Source: Basidiobolus meristosporus CBS 931.73 (Eukaryota > Fungi > Basidiobolomycota). From it: a DNA stretch of 64,000 bases. Positions 12,074-24,738 of this stretch are shown in pieces. A program made the position numbers and the translations under genes. How positions within the stretch are numbered: the stretch's first letter is position 1; each line of letters starts with the position of its first letter. Where the stretch lies: the NCBI GenBank assembly GCA_002104905.1, contig MCFE01000488.1, positions 1 to 64,000 of the forward strand, read 5' to 3'. The notes under the pieces are model-generated. The model worked only from the letters and a program-made list of their open reading frames with translations, was not told where the DNA came from and searched no databases.

Positions 12074-12913
12074 ATGGAAAAATCCAAGTCCCAGAGGCAC
12101 GCTTCGCCGCAAACTCCCAAATACAAAAACAATCGCCATCAGACTGGACGACAAATCCATAAATCTAAGGATTGTAGCTATCAAAAAAGGCCAGTACCCA
12201 CTTCGATGAAGGCGTCGCGCTTTGATGGTACTGCAAAACCTTTTGACCACAGCCCTCCTCGTTCGCCTACTCCGAAAGTTCATTTTGGGCACCACAGTTC
12301 CTACAGCAGTCCCTATTCTTCCGATTCCGATTCCTTCGAAGCTACCACTCCTCCGCGAAATTCTTTTCTTGCAGAAAACGTTTATAGAAAGGCCAAGCAT
12401 GATGTAAGTCCTAGAGGTGTTAGTCGCGAAACCACTCCTGAATTGATGTCTGAAGAGGAAGTATTTTTCAAGCGTTCCTCGCAACGCAATACTACAAAAG
12501 ACCTCTATGCCGGTCCCACGTTCAGCAATGCGCCTACACCAGATGCACTTCCTGTACCGGCATTTGTGGACCGTACACCTCGCCCTCGAAATATTGTATA
12601 TACGCTATCAACTTCAACTCATTCCCAAACTGAGCAGGGCCTCAATTTATCTCCCCAATTTTCTCCTAATGAATGCCTCGCGAAGTCGTATGAACCTGAC
12701 AATGACCTCCGCCTTAGATCACAAAAGCTTCTTAACTTGTTGAACGGTGGAAATAATGAGCCTTCTCCAAAATCTCATTATCCGACTTCCAATTATTTAG
12801 GAGTGTACCCTCCACCAGGACAACAGTATCAACCATTTGGCTTTCCTTTTTATCAGGGTCTTGCTTCAGATTCATACATCTTCCCGGAATCGTCTGTCTA
12901 TGTTCCCGCCTAA
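12074..12913 (+). CDS. PNRC/Edc1-like proline-rich protein, putative decapping co-activator, intronless, 279 aa
   Basis: A low-complexity S/P-rich ORF carrying YAGPTFSNAPTPDALPVPAF, which fits the YAGxxFxxxPxPxxLPxP motif of PNRC1/2 and fungal Edc1-type proteins. Confidence 0.75.
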   Translation: MEKSKSQRHASPQTPKYKNNRHQTGRQIHKSKDCSYQKRPVPTSMKASRFDGTAKPFDHSPPRSPTPKVHFGHHSSYSSPYSSDSDSFEATTPPRNSFLAENVYRKAKHDVSPRGVSRETTPELMSEEEVFFKRSSQRNTTKDLYAGPTFSNAPTPDALPVPAFVDRTPRPRNIVYTLSTSTHSQTEQGLNLSPQFSPNECLAKSYEPDNDLRLRSQKLLNLLNGGNNEPSPKSHYPTSNYLGVYPPPGQQYQPFGFPFYQGLASDSYIFPESSVYVPA

Positions 12914-15453
12914 CAGATTCGCTAAGAGAAAATGTGTACATACGAGCTCTCTTTCCGAATCTTGATTTTCCTCGATGCTATTTGCTACGTAACTATAGTA
13001 CGCCTTTCACGGTTGTAACATTAGTTTGCCCACGTTAATTCCGAGTTTTAAACTCGTTTGTCGCTTGTTGTCCGTGCTCCATGAATGGTATTTGTTCAGC
13101 TTCCGATTCCTTTTCTTTCAGCCTTCGTACTGTGAGAGAACAATCTGCATGCACCTGTCCCTCCCCACTCCTACAGTTTGAACATGTGGATAATTCCGTG
13201 TTCTTATTTCAGACCCACTTACTGGCATTTGCCACTGAACCCCTATACACATTGATCCTGATGTGTATTTGATTTGATGATAAATTCACTAGTGAATTCC
13301 AATAACACGAGACTTTGTTTACGTTATTGAAAATATTTTTGATCAGCCGGGTGCAAAACCCATTATCCTACGATTGCCATTTGTACAAAGAATGCGAAAC
13401 AGTGGAATAATTCATCACAACCCACGCAAAGATTCTAATGAATTTGTGTATCAAAATTCTACTGGCTAAAATTGTGGCTGACCAAAACCTAATGAGGATT
13501 AAGAAAATGAACGACTTGACACAGGGATTGAAAAGTGCCCTTGAAATATATATAGAACCTACTTCGGCATGAGTGCCATTAACAAGGTAATCAGCACTAA
13601 GATGAGGACGCAAGTGTGACCGCATGAATTGGTGCTCTACAGCTATAAGTTCAGTAATACGGTCCAACCTACCCGTTTCACCATCCGCGTCTGTGAGTGG
13701 TCTATCCACTTTTATCTATTAGAGGATGTGCTGTGTCATCTCCTCATATGAGTTACACCGCTACTTCCTACATGGTACAAATACGAATAAACATACGATT
13801 ATTTACACGCACTGATGCAGGAAAAGTTGGACCTTTTAAGCTAGGTTGAGATAGCAAGGTGTTTAGTGAGAGAGCAATTAAGCCACCATCATAGACTGGT
13901 TTAGGGTATGCGATTTTGGATGGAATCAGCATTTTAGGGTTTGGTTGAATTGGAACTTTGGTCAGATCTACGCTTGAAAGGTAAATGAATCAATCTCTGC
14001 GTAGCGCCTAGCCGCAAGATTATGGTGTAAAGTTGGATATTCACACTGTTTGATCCGGACTTCTCACATAGAAGATGTTTCATTGTCTAACAACAGCAGA
14101 GCAAAGTAAAGGAGGCCATTACCTCTGGAGAGGCCTAGATATGTGGCACAGTCTAACCGAGCGATGCTTATCGCTCAGAAAGCGCCACTGGAATCTGACA
14201 GAACTATGGGGCTAAATGGCACTCATCAAGTGAAATCTAGGCCTATCGACATACTCTACATCTATACTGTATAAATATCTGAGGTACCTACCAATTATAC
14301 AGCCTACCAAATCGCCACCGACTTTCCCATCATGGTGAGACTCAAATGACACAGTTCGTTAGATGAAACACCGAAGATTAGATACACGTATTCCGAAGGC
14401 TGAGTGATGACTCGAATATATATTTTACCAACGACGATGGAAATAAATATACCTGGAGTGGCACAAACTAATTGTGGGACAGCAGCTTCGTTGGGGCAAA
14501 GGTCGATTTAGTGTCATCCAAGGATTGGTTCAAGTCTACTCTTAGGTCTGCTGGACAAATCACTTCCTTCGCTCATGACCAAAGTAGTCTTTCCGACCTG
14601 ATCCTGAAAAGACTCGCTGGCCACTGGGGCATTTATAGGCTTACCTTCCATTAACTCTAATTCTGAGAAGGTAGCCATCGGCCATAGTTAGTTGTCTTCC
14701 ATCTCTCTTAGTAACTTGGTACCGTAAATTACCAAATTTGTACACGAATTGACTTGCGATGCTGTAGGATTGGTGATCTACTCATCAGACCTATGGTTAT
14801 TCACTAATAATATCACTGGTAACAGTTGACTGGAATCTGCGCCATTTCTGACGATGGTAGTTCATATCAAGTAGGGAACCGACGAGTCAACCTTAAACTC
14901 CTATATCGACCGTGGTACCTAGCTCATTACTATAGGATTAATTAAGCCTTCGATAATTGGCTGCAGCGCGCCGAATCTACAACTTGATTGGGAACTGCAA
15001 TTGAATCACCCCTGGCAGGAATGTAATATATTTAAATCTCCTGGAATATATAAAATTTGGCTACCATGTCTGATGATGCGATCGAAGCACTTTCCTGCTG
15101 ATCTAAGAATATTGTCAAGTGGTGATGCTAGTAACCTAGTAACCCAATGTAGTCCACTACATCGATCATTATAAATTACTAACTTGATCCTTAATATTTC
15201 CAAAATGGCATCTCTTTGGACAAGTATATGACATTGTACAGAGTAATGACATGCGCCTATGATAGCTTTAAATCGATAATTATAGGTATTTAATTAACTC
15301 GGTTACTGGCATGTTGGCTCGGGCAATATAAATGGCTCCTATGTCCTTGGAAGTCAAACTAGCTTGTCCTTAAATCATTGACCGAAGTCCATTTGTTCGT
15401 TACCCATCAATATAATACCCAAACTGAGCACTCCTTTCTAAAAGCAATTTGCA

Positions 15454-17474
15454 ATGGCAGCCACAATCGGAAAAAATCTTGGTAAATTTAAACAGGTGAG
15501 AAATCAGAGTCAAGTTCGTTCCACTGGTATACATCCTCATTGCCTCTTGAATCACAGTGGACAGGGGAGAAGCTTGGGAAAGCTAATAAAACTGAGTGCA
15601 GTGATGAGTTCCAAAGGCTCGAGCAAGAGACTGACTGTAAGAAAGAGAGCCTCGATAAATTATTCGCTTCCTCGGAGCTCTACCTGAAAACCCTAGGTAT
15701 ATATTTGTGCATATTTGGACGTGGAACGCTTTATTGATTGTTTTGTTTGTCTCTTTAGAGAAGAAGAAGAAAACCGCTGACGATAAAAACAAGGTCGCTC
15801 CTATTGTCTCTTTATCAAACGCTATGATATCTCATGGCCAGGGGCTCCCAAGAGACTCGCCATATGGTAAGGACCATCGCTATTAACGCCCCCTTATCGT
15901 TTTTTCGGTTGACTGACATTGGGCGAACAGGTCAAGCGATGATTAAAGTAGGAGAAGCGCAAGAGCAGCTGGCCAGTGCGCAGATGGAATTCGTAAGTAC
16001 ACGGCTGTCTTTTAGTGGAGAATAGTTGTAGATTTTGACTTCATTTACCTAGGCAATACGGCTTCGTCAAAACTACATTAATGGCTTAGAGAGAGCTCTC
16101 AATGATATGAAAGACTTTCAAGTAATCAATTAAGGCTGCATAATGCTATTACAAAACTTACCAACCAATGTACAATCTAGCAATCACGCAAGAAACTAGA
16201 ATCACGCCGTTTGGATTATAACGCCAAACTTAACGCTGTGCAGAAATCAAAAAAGGAGAAGCCAGAGCTTGAAGAACAAATGAGAGCAGCTGAGATCAAG
16301 TATAACGAAACCCAGGACGATACATATCTCCGAATGATCAATATCAGTGATTCTGAGGTTCGTTCGCTACCTGTGTCAAGTGATGTGTGTCAAAACTGAC
16401 AATGTCTGTTTTTAGGAGGCGGACTTGGAGGACTTGAGTAATTTCTTTGACTCTCAGCTTGCCTTCTTCCAGAGAGGAGTCGAAATCCTCCTTGCTGCAA
16501 AGGGTGTATTTGATCAAAGATCTGCAAAGGAGTACTACGCAAACAAATCTGCACGTAGAAAGCAGAGCTCCGGGTCACGTGGTGAATCAAACGGAACCCT
16601 CCATCGCTCGAAGTCGTTCCACTCTACCTATTCTAATGGTTATGATGATCATGAGCCCAACGGAGTCAATAACAACTACAATAGAACTACACCTTCAACG
16701 CCTGGAAGTACCTATAGTAACTCAGGGACTTACTTCGACCTCCCTAAAAATAACGACAGTTACAGTGATTATTCCCCTGGACCCGGATCATACCAAAGGT
16801 CCAATGTGTCGGCACCTAGGGCCTTCAACCGAGGATCACCCCCTGAGACTACGCCCCAACTTCGACGCTCGGCAACCCTCCCTGCACCTAGCCACCAGAA
16901 AAAGGTCCGCGTGTTATATGGCTTCGATGGCGAATCTGTTGAGGAACTATCCATACGTAAAGGGGATATTGTAACCGTACTTGATGAAATCGATGATGGC
17001 TGGTGGGTAGGCGAGATCATTGATGACAACGGCAGAAGGGCTGGCATGTTCCCATCCAACTATGTTGAGGAAATTGTCGAACCTCAATATCAGCATCCCC
17101 CGCTTCCCAAGAGATCCATCAGTAATAATAACATCAACGCAACGGTCGGTCGTGCGGATGCAGCCCATTATCAACCCGCTGAGCCTGTAGATATCCCTAA
17201 TCGCAGAATGGTACCTATCCCCGGTCGACGTGGTAGCCAAACCCCCGGGCCCATGCCACTATCTCGTGTGGCCTCCAATAACAGCCTTAATAGAACAATG
17301 AGCTCCTCGCCTCGTCCAGTAAGACCCCCAGTTGCTAAACCACAATCCTACCTTGCTGGTAGTCAATATGATCCAAGTAATGGTGTTGGGCCATGTTGTG
17401 AGTGTGGCTGCGATGAATATACACCCAATGTCTTCAAGAAAGACAGTTGCAACAATTGTTTCCATCGTCATTAA
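15454..17474 (+). CDS. N-BAR + SH3 protein (endophilin-like) with a C-terminal Cys/His cluster
   Basis: A spliced N-terminus MAATIGKNLGKFKQ|WTGEKLG...EFQRLEQET, a BAR segment RKKLESRRLDYNAKL, and an SH3 domain KVRVLYGFDGESVEELSIRKGDIVTVLDEIDDGWWVGE...GMFPSNYVE. All introns traced are GT-AG. Confidence 0.9.
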
Positions 17475-18376
17475 CAAGCCAATGATTTTTGGATCCAAAT
17501 CTTGGCTAGGATTTTTAATAGATTTTCCCCTACACATGTGCCGCCATCAATTCTTACCGTACCACCGTTACAAGTACTCACATACACCTACTACCTCTGA
17601 TTATCTGTCTCCCTCTAGTCCATGAAGACTCTGTATTCCACAAATATATCATATTACCCCCGTCCTACCTGAAAAATTCCACTTGGAGATTTAACCTTAC
17701 ACGAATTTCGGTTATACCGCTGGCTGACTTAAACTATTAATAAAAATTCAGGAAATATCCAATTTCTCATGATATGATAACGTCGGTTAAGTGTGGCTCG
17801 CTGGAACTAGAAGATTTTGTTGATCCAATACCACAAGTTACGAAGAATCCCATCACCTCACCTCCACATTACCGAAGTGTATATGTTATGCTGCTGAATC
17901 CCTGCGCTTCGGTAACAGGGCTGGTTATATAATATTGTCAGTTGTTGACAAACTTTAACCGTCCAATGAACGGTCGAAAAAGACTAATCATTGGGTGAAG
18001 ATGATTTGATAAAGTTGAAAAAACAAATGAATTTATTGGCTGAAAGATCGCAACCGAGTTAGGAGTGACAATGATAAACAATAGCTTTTTCCATCGAATC
18101 CTTGCCAATTCACTGGTTATATATGTTTTGAGTAGGTTTTACGCTATGGGTGATCCGATGCTTCATGATTTTCAATGTTTGTAGACCCCTGTCGATTGTT
18201 TATTTACTTATTCGAGTGTCCAATGAGCTTCGTCAAATATCTTTGAAAAAGGTACACACCGGGTGGGATACTTAAGTGCAGCAAATATATTCCCCTCAAC
18301 TTGAATACGTTTATTAACACTCGATACCTTCAGTCCTTCGCCTGTATTATTCCCTTCTAGCAACACTTCACCAAAG

Positions 18377-20332
18377 ATGGAGTTCTCTGTGGAGAAAGAT
18401 ATCGGATGCCATGAAAGTCTTTACACTTTGAATCTTGCAAGGATGCAAAGAATGCTGCGTTCGTTTCGGTCAAAGTTGAACGCTATTATCAACGATGCAA
18501 AATCCTCCCCAAGTGCGTTTGCCGCGTATGTTTCGGAACAAAGTAACCACAAAAACAAACACAACATCAGAGTGACTTACGGGAAGCGGGGTGGGAGGTC
18601 TATGTACGCTACAACTTCTAGCACGAAAATTGGGTCTTTTGAGTCTACTATCATGAAGCACGAAGCCTCACTGCTGGAGGCCTTTAGACACCTGTTGGTC
18701 AAATTATGGATTACCCCTTCCAAACAAAGCCAGGGCTATTCTTCGAAGCCTCCGTCGTTAGGCATGTTGGCTTCGCAAGTTCTTGGAAACCATTTGGGAA
18801 GAGAGGAATCTCACGAGCAGGCAGCTAAATACTATCAGATTATCCCTGGCCACTTCCGGAGACATACTCTTGTTGCTCATCTTATCCAAGAATGTAGGAA
18901 GTATGTTCGCTCATACAATTTTTATCGAAATCTGCTGGATATCTGTGTTGAACACAGATTGGATCATCAGGTACAAACCAATTTCGTCATCAGCCCACCC
19001 CTTCCTTAAACTCATCCAAATATTCTTTAGGCTAGTGAGTTGCTGGATTACTTATTAGAAGTGCGTCCACTTGGATTGCAACAAGATTTCCATTACTTTT
19101 ATACAATCGCAGTGAAGTCCAATTGTGTTCATACACTCGTACGCAAACTGGAATCTTCCATGTCAACCGAGCAATTCTTACGCTCTGGATTCACAGAATT
19201 CGCCATGAAGCTTTCGTCTCCTTATCAGGCTATACAACTCTTGTCCATTGCTTGGAAATCGTTAATCGAGCAGGCCACCCACAGAAAATCTATCCTCAAA
19301 GATCCTTTGGTCCAGATTCGTATTGGCCAATGGACATCAGCCATAGTGGCGAAATTCATGGCCATTCAAGAGAACCACATGACGTGCTCTGTTGATGCTG
19401 AACACTGCGTCAGAATAATCAGTCAATTATCGAACACACTGATGGCAGCCAAGATACCATTCTTCGCATCATGTCACCTTTCGTTGAATTTAGCTCTACT
19501 GAATTCGATGTTCATACACAAGCAATCTGCTATTAGTGTCGGTACTAATTATTGGGTGAAGCAAATCAGAAGACTCTTCCTCGCCAATGGCAGTGTTAGC
19601 CTTGATGTAGTGGTTACCTCCTACCGAACACATCAAAACCTTCTCGCTCTTGCTCGCACTTGTCAGACATTTGGTCTGTACTCAATCGGGATTGCCATTG
19701 TTAATAGCGCTCTCTCACGGTACTGCGAAATTCGCGGGGAATCCGATCTCTCCACGTGCCCTACAGTGAAGGAGCTGACCATATTTGTGAGAGAGCTGGA
19801 GAGGAGAGGCATCTCAAAAGGTGCCCATATATCCAAAATCTATGAAGATCTTACCTTTGACTCTTGGTTGGAATGCTCACCTACTACGAAAACACAAACC
19901 TACGGATTGACCTTCCCTACTCAATCGGGCAAAGTCTATAACGACTCCAAGCGTGCTCTTCGGTCCAAACATGAGGGATATCGCAGCAGTAACCTTGGAA
20001 ACAAACGGAAGAGCTCCAACCAAGGAGCGGACGATGAGTACTCACCCTGTGCGACGAAAAAAGCCAAAACCCAGTCTATTCGCCATGTAAGAAAGCCTCT
20101 AAGCGACCTTACTTCCATGCGAAATGCCCCTGTAAGGCCTCGCCGTCAAAACGCAGGGAAAGGAGTACGCCAGTTTTGGGTGGTTCCTTCGAAAGGAATG
20201 GAAAGTGACGAAAATCACCATCCACCTACACCAGCCCCGATTCCTGTCAGAAGTACAGTTCAGGAATCACACCTGAATATGAAGCGAGTTCGTGTTTTGC
20301 CACCAACCGAAATAGATGAACTGTGTATATAG
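18377..20332 (+). CDS. Uncharacterised protein, 631 aa, 2 exons
   Basis: Exon 18377-18970 (CAG|gtacaa) joins in frame to 19031-20332 (ctttag|GCT). It has a helical-looking N-terminal two-thirds and a basic, disordered C-terminus. No family was recognised. Confidence 0.75.
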
Positions 20333-22304
20333 ATTTTGTTCTATCTCCCATTAACAATGTACATACTTTGATTTCTGTCTATGGTTCCACTTGGGCACTA
20401 GATAATAAATTACGCTTGTCCTGAAGTATAATAGAATCACTTGTTCATCATCCAATAGATGCTCTGTATAGAACACTGGTACTGGCCGAAACGTACTGCC
20501 TGCCATTCTATTTTTAGATTTGGGAATTGGGATTATTTTACGTCATCCACGTCATGGATCTCTATAATGATTAATATTGACATGGCTAGCCAATTAGGAG
20601 ACACCAATATATCGAAAGAATGCTATTCGATGGTATCTTACTGTGGGGCAACATCGATTCCAGTCAATTAAAAGCAAATTGCATCCGTAATTTTCAGCAG
20701 CACCGTGATCTGGTAAACAAACCCATAACATAATACGCCCAAGTACAGGCTGGGCTAGTCTCTAGACGAGTGAAAAGTGATGTGGGAATATTTTATGGCT
20801 TACTACGGCGGCTAAGTATCATCCGCACGTTACTTTGCGTATTTCCATTCCAGACCTACTTGTTTGGCTGAGCAGACCATTTCAGACATTTGTGTAGTGG
20901 TTGCAAGGTCAATTAGGTAGTTTTGTTTATTACTGGATTCGTTATTATTATTGCAATATCTAATGTCATACCAATGACCGTATCATTCATTGACTAGATT
21001 TCCTAGTCTAATATGGGCCTATTATTACTGCCGTTTTAGCTTTGTATCGCCATCACTCACAAATCCACTATCAACAACATCCAAGACTTCGTCCTTTTCA
21101 GATCACTGGTTATTGAACTGGTTTTAGATTCGGTTGGCAGAAAGCATTGTTGTTTCCAAACGAGCATTGAACTTACGTGACGGATAGAGGCGATATGGTT
21201 TGAGTGTGGCTTTCCAATCAGGTATATTCCGTTGTGAGTGATACTTGGGGAAGGTTCGAACAGGGTGAATCGCCCAAGATTAGTCTGATGCATTGTATCA
21301 GTATGTTTTAGGGTTTATTGGAGGATAGTTTTCATGCTACATCATACAGTAGGAGTTATCACTGAGCGCTCCTTCCGCAAATCCCCTTACTTCTTAGCAC
21401 TTCCTGCAACTGCCCAGTTGACAGAAACCTGGTCAGGTACCTATACCGGCGGACTTAATCAATACTCTTGAGATGGAAAGGTCGATGTGATGTATCTCAT
21501 TCAATTCAATAGACGCCAAGCCGCCAATAGGCAAAATTCAGGCAGGTTTTGCTGAGATTATTTGGTGGATATGAGCTAGTGCCTCACTTGGGAGTAGGAT
21601 AGTGTTGCTGTCATTAATCAAACGATATAGGCGCTACCTCGTTAATGATATGTAGTGAATAGTGTTACTGGTATATGTGAAATATATTATTAGGTTATCG
21701 GATCGCCTAAACCGCTGCTGATTCTGCTTCTACCTCCCCAACCTATCATGATGATTACAGACATATATATAGCATTCCATTTTATGTATAGACCTGGATC
21801 CAAAGATCTTGTAATGTTCATATGTTTGGAAAATATTGAGGTACATTGCTGTTTCGAACTGTACATGTACATACATTGACGGTCGATGTACACTCCGTTG
21901 ACTCTGTGCATAACCATCGTAATATCTAGGTACTGACGACTTGCTTCACTGCGACAGCAATGTTGCGCATTTCGTCTGTTCACAACCTATGTATATATAT
22001 GCTAATGGGTATTTATGGTGCCTGTCTTCCTACCTGGCCAGAATATACTCTTGCATATATTAGAACAATCATCCCTAAGAATCGGCATATTTTGCAAACT
22101 GCTAAAGAGAATGGCTACTCAATAACCATGACTGGATCCTACACCAGTATTAGGCATTTCAATTCAAGCCATCGATACACTTCAAGAATTTCTGCCTAGA
22201 GTTGTGACTATGGATTTACCACGTGATGAATGGAATTTTCTAAATATCAGCATTTGTATGTCAGCCATAGGTTTCATGTCAAAGTATGTGCCAGAATGTA
22301 GCCA

Positions 22305-22312
22305 TATATAAG
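22305..22312 (+). promoter_or_regulatory. Putative TATA box
   Basis: TATATAAG about 80 nt upstream of the ATG at 22390. Confidence 0.4.
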
Positions 22313-22389
22313 GTAGGACATCTTGTACGTAAAAATCAAAACTTACATTCTGTCATCAGTAACACATCAGGCCCTTTTAAATCCAGCTA

Positions 22390-22929
22390 ATGAGATTCCT
22401 AACCCCCCTCATTCTTTTTGCCTCACTCTTACCTTTCGTCCGCTCTGATTGTCCCGAGGACACCGCGGTGTTTTTCCAAACACTGCCCGAGGGACCGGTG
22501 ACTCAGCCGGTGAATGGAGTGAATGTCAGCGATGGTGCCATTTATCTTCGGCGAGGAGTCACTCAGCTCGGTCATAAAGAGAGTCAATGGAGCCCAACCA
22601 ACACGGACCCAGTCATTTTCTCATTCCCGCAGACAGTGGACTCGACAGAAGTGGGTCTTGTTGCCTGCGGGATGCGTGGAGAAGGTGCTTTTGTTGACGC
22701 ATATAATGCCCAAGACGAACTAATATCCACAAAGAGCTATGCAGGCGGGGGATGTGGAAGAGTCTCGTCTTCGTTATATGATGAGGCCTCGACAACAGTA
22801 ACTCTGGACGGTAATGGAATCAAATACCTACATGTTTATTATAAACTTAATCCAGTTCCCTGTCATACCACTGGTCAGTGCAACTATGGTGTAGCCATCA
22901 GAAGTGTGAAGTATCATTGTGAGGCTTAA
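22390..22929 (+). CDS. Small secreted protein, 179 aa, intronless, unknown function
   Basis: ATG-initiated ORF with the signal peptide MRFLTPLILFASLLPFVRS, 6 Cys in the mature part, alternating beta-strand patterns and an upstream TATA. Confidence 0.8.
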   Translation: MRFLTPLILFASLLPFVRSDCPEDTAVFFQTLPEGPVTQPVNGVNVSDGAIYLRRGVTQLGHKESQWSPTNTDPVIFSFPQTVDSTEVGLVACGMRGEGAFVDAYNAQDELISTKSYAGGGCGRVSSSLYDEASTTVTLDGNGIKYLHVYYKLNPVPCHTTGQCNYGVAIRSVKYHCEA

Positions 22930-23632
22930 CCATTGTCAATGGGACTTCACGCTGCCTAATCACTTTATTCATAAATGCAAATTTTAAATCTATTGGCCAC
23001 AAAACCACACGTTTTATTAAACAGAATTTGATGCCTGTCAATCTTGATTAAAATTCGGAACATAAACTAAACATAGAATGTCTTTTCATCATACTACTTG
23101 ACTAGAGCAGAAAGACTCCGTTCAAAGCTAGATTACATAGAGATGGTCCTCACCATACCGAATCATCAATGTGCATTTAGGTCTTCAAAAAGGCGTTGAA
23201 GTCACCCTGGGGTGGTTGCGGACCGGGAACATGTCTCCATGAGGATGGTAACTGTCACACTATACTATCTGACCTCAGTGTTGAGCAACCATTTCGTTGC
23301 TGCGACATGGCAGGCTGTGGTAACATCTGCATAACATCACTAGTCAATATAGCATGGTACGGTGATCTCAACTCCACGAGGATGGCTTGTCTATATCTGG
23401 CTTATTTTGGTAATAAATGCGTCTCCCAGATAATTTTCTCATCAAAAAAGGTGTTATCTTCAATCAGTGACTGTACTTTCGGAAGACACGGCCAATATCT
23501 TCGGAATAATGAGTATACCCTTCAGTCATGCCAATCAAATCTGAATCTTCGTAGCGATCGATGAAAATCGAGCTATCACACGTATTACTAATCATCACAA
23601 CTTCCATTTTTTTCTGAATGCAATAGAACCTG

Positions 23633-23640
23633 TATATAAA
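23633..23640 (+). promoter_or_regulatory. Putative TATA box of the ADH gene
   Basis: TATATAAA 45 nt upstream of the ATG at 23686. Confidence 0.5.
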
Positions 23641-23685
23641 TGCCACTGTCGGCTTCTCTTTCTGGTACTATTCCCCACATTCATA

Positions 23686-24738
23686 ATGCTCAGCAACAAC
23701 GAGACCCAATTCGACTGTTATGCTTGCCACGGCAAAGACCAAGCTCTTCAGCCTTGGGCATACACACCACGCCCACTTGGCGAGGACGATGTAGAGATTG
23801 CTATTTCACACTGTGGTATTTGCGGCTCTGATATTCACACCTTAGATTCCGGATGGGGAGCCACCAAATACCCGGTTGTGGTCGGTCACGAAATTATTGG
23901 CAAGGTGGTCGATAAAGGTCCTCGTGTCTCTGGACTTGAGATTGGTGATAGAGTCGGTGTGGGACCACAGGTGTTTGCCTGTTTGAAATCCGATTGCAAG
24001 GCTTGTAGCACTGGAAATGACGCCACTTGCACAAAATATGTTGGTGCTTATAACGGCACATATGCTGATGGAGCGAAATCTTATGGTGGATACTCTAAAG
24101 GCGTCCGAGTACTTTCTCACTATGCTTTCAAAATCCCTGATGTCATCGATTCTGCCGAGGCTGCTCCTATTCTTTGTGCCGGTGTTACCGTCTTCACACC
24201 TATGAGAAGACACGGTGTTAAGGAGGGACACCGTGTTGGTGTTGTTGGGATTGGTGGCCTTGGCCATTTGGCTCTTCAATACGCAAAGGCCCTTGGCGCC
24301 GAAGTCACCGCTATCTCCACATCCACCAACAAGAAGGCAGAGGCACACAAATTAGGGGCAACCCACTTTGTCAACTTGAGAGATGATGCCGATATGAAGG
24401 CTGCTTCCCGCTCGTTAGACTATCTATTTATCACTTCTAACGCTACCGACGCACCTTACGATAAGTACGCTAGTTTGTTGGATGTGTTCGGCAAGATAAT
24501 CTTGCTCGCCGCACCTGAAGACAATATCAAGATCAGTCCCTTCAGCTTGATCCCCAAAAACATTACTCTCGCTGGAAGCATCATTGGATCCATCGAGGAT
24601 CAGAAGGCAACTTTGGAGTTTTCTGCTAAACACAACATCCGTCCCATTATTGAGAAACTACCAATGGAGAAGGTCAATGAAGGACTTCAGCATGTTCGTG
24701 ATGGAAAGGTTCGCTACAGAGTTGTACTCGAAAACTAA
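23686..24738 (+). CDS. Zn-dependent NADP(H) alcohol dehydrogenase (CAD/ADH6-7 family), 350 aa
   Basis: Contains CGICGSD, the GHEIIG zinc motif, a structural-Zn Cys cluster (C..C..C...C), PILCAGVTVF, the nucleotide-binding GIGGLGHLA, and a C-terminal GKVRYRVVL. Confidence 0.96.
   Translation: MLSNNETQFDCYACHGKDQALQPWAYTPRPLGEDDVEIAISHCGICGSDIHTLDSGWGATKYPVVVGHEIIGKVVDKGPRVSGLEIGDRVGVGPQVFACLKSDCKACSTGNDATCTKYVGAYNGTYADGAKSYGGYSKGVRVLSHYAFKIPDVIDSAEAAPILCAGVTVFTPMRRHGVKEGHRVGVVGIGGLGHLALQYAKALGAEVTAISTSTNKKAEAHKLGATHFVNLRDDADMKAASRSLDYLFITSNATDAPYDKYASLLDVFGKIILLAAPEDNIKISPFSLIPKNITLAGSIIGSIEDQKATLEFSAKHNIRPIIEKLPMEKVNEGLQHVRDGKVRYRVVLEN

Noticed and set aside
13368-13709. 113-aa minus-strand ORF
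   Set aside because: It has a non-ATG start directly after a stop, no recognisable domain and no partner exons.
16447-16974. 175-aa overlapping ORF in the BAR-SH3 gene
   Set aside because: An alternative-frame shadow of a low-complexity linker with no independent start context.
23196-23564. Cys-rich ORF with a WAP-like CCxxxGCGxxC
   Set aside because: It has a TTG start, no signal peptide and incomplete Cys spacing. It lies in the ADH upstream region and is probably chance.
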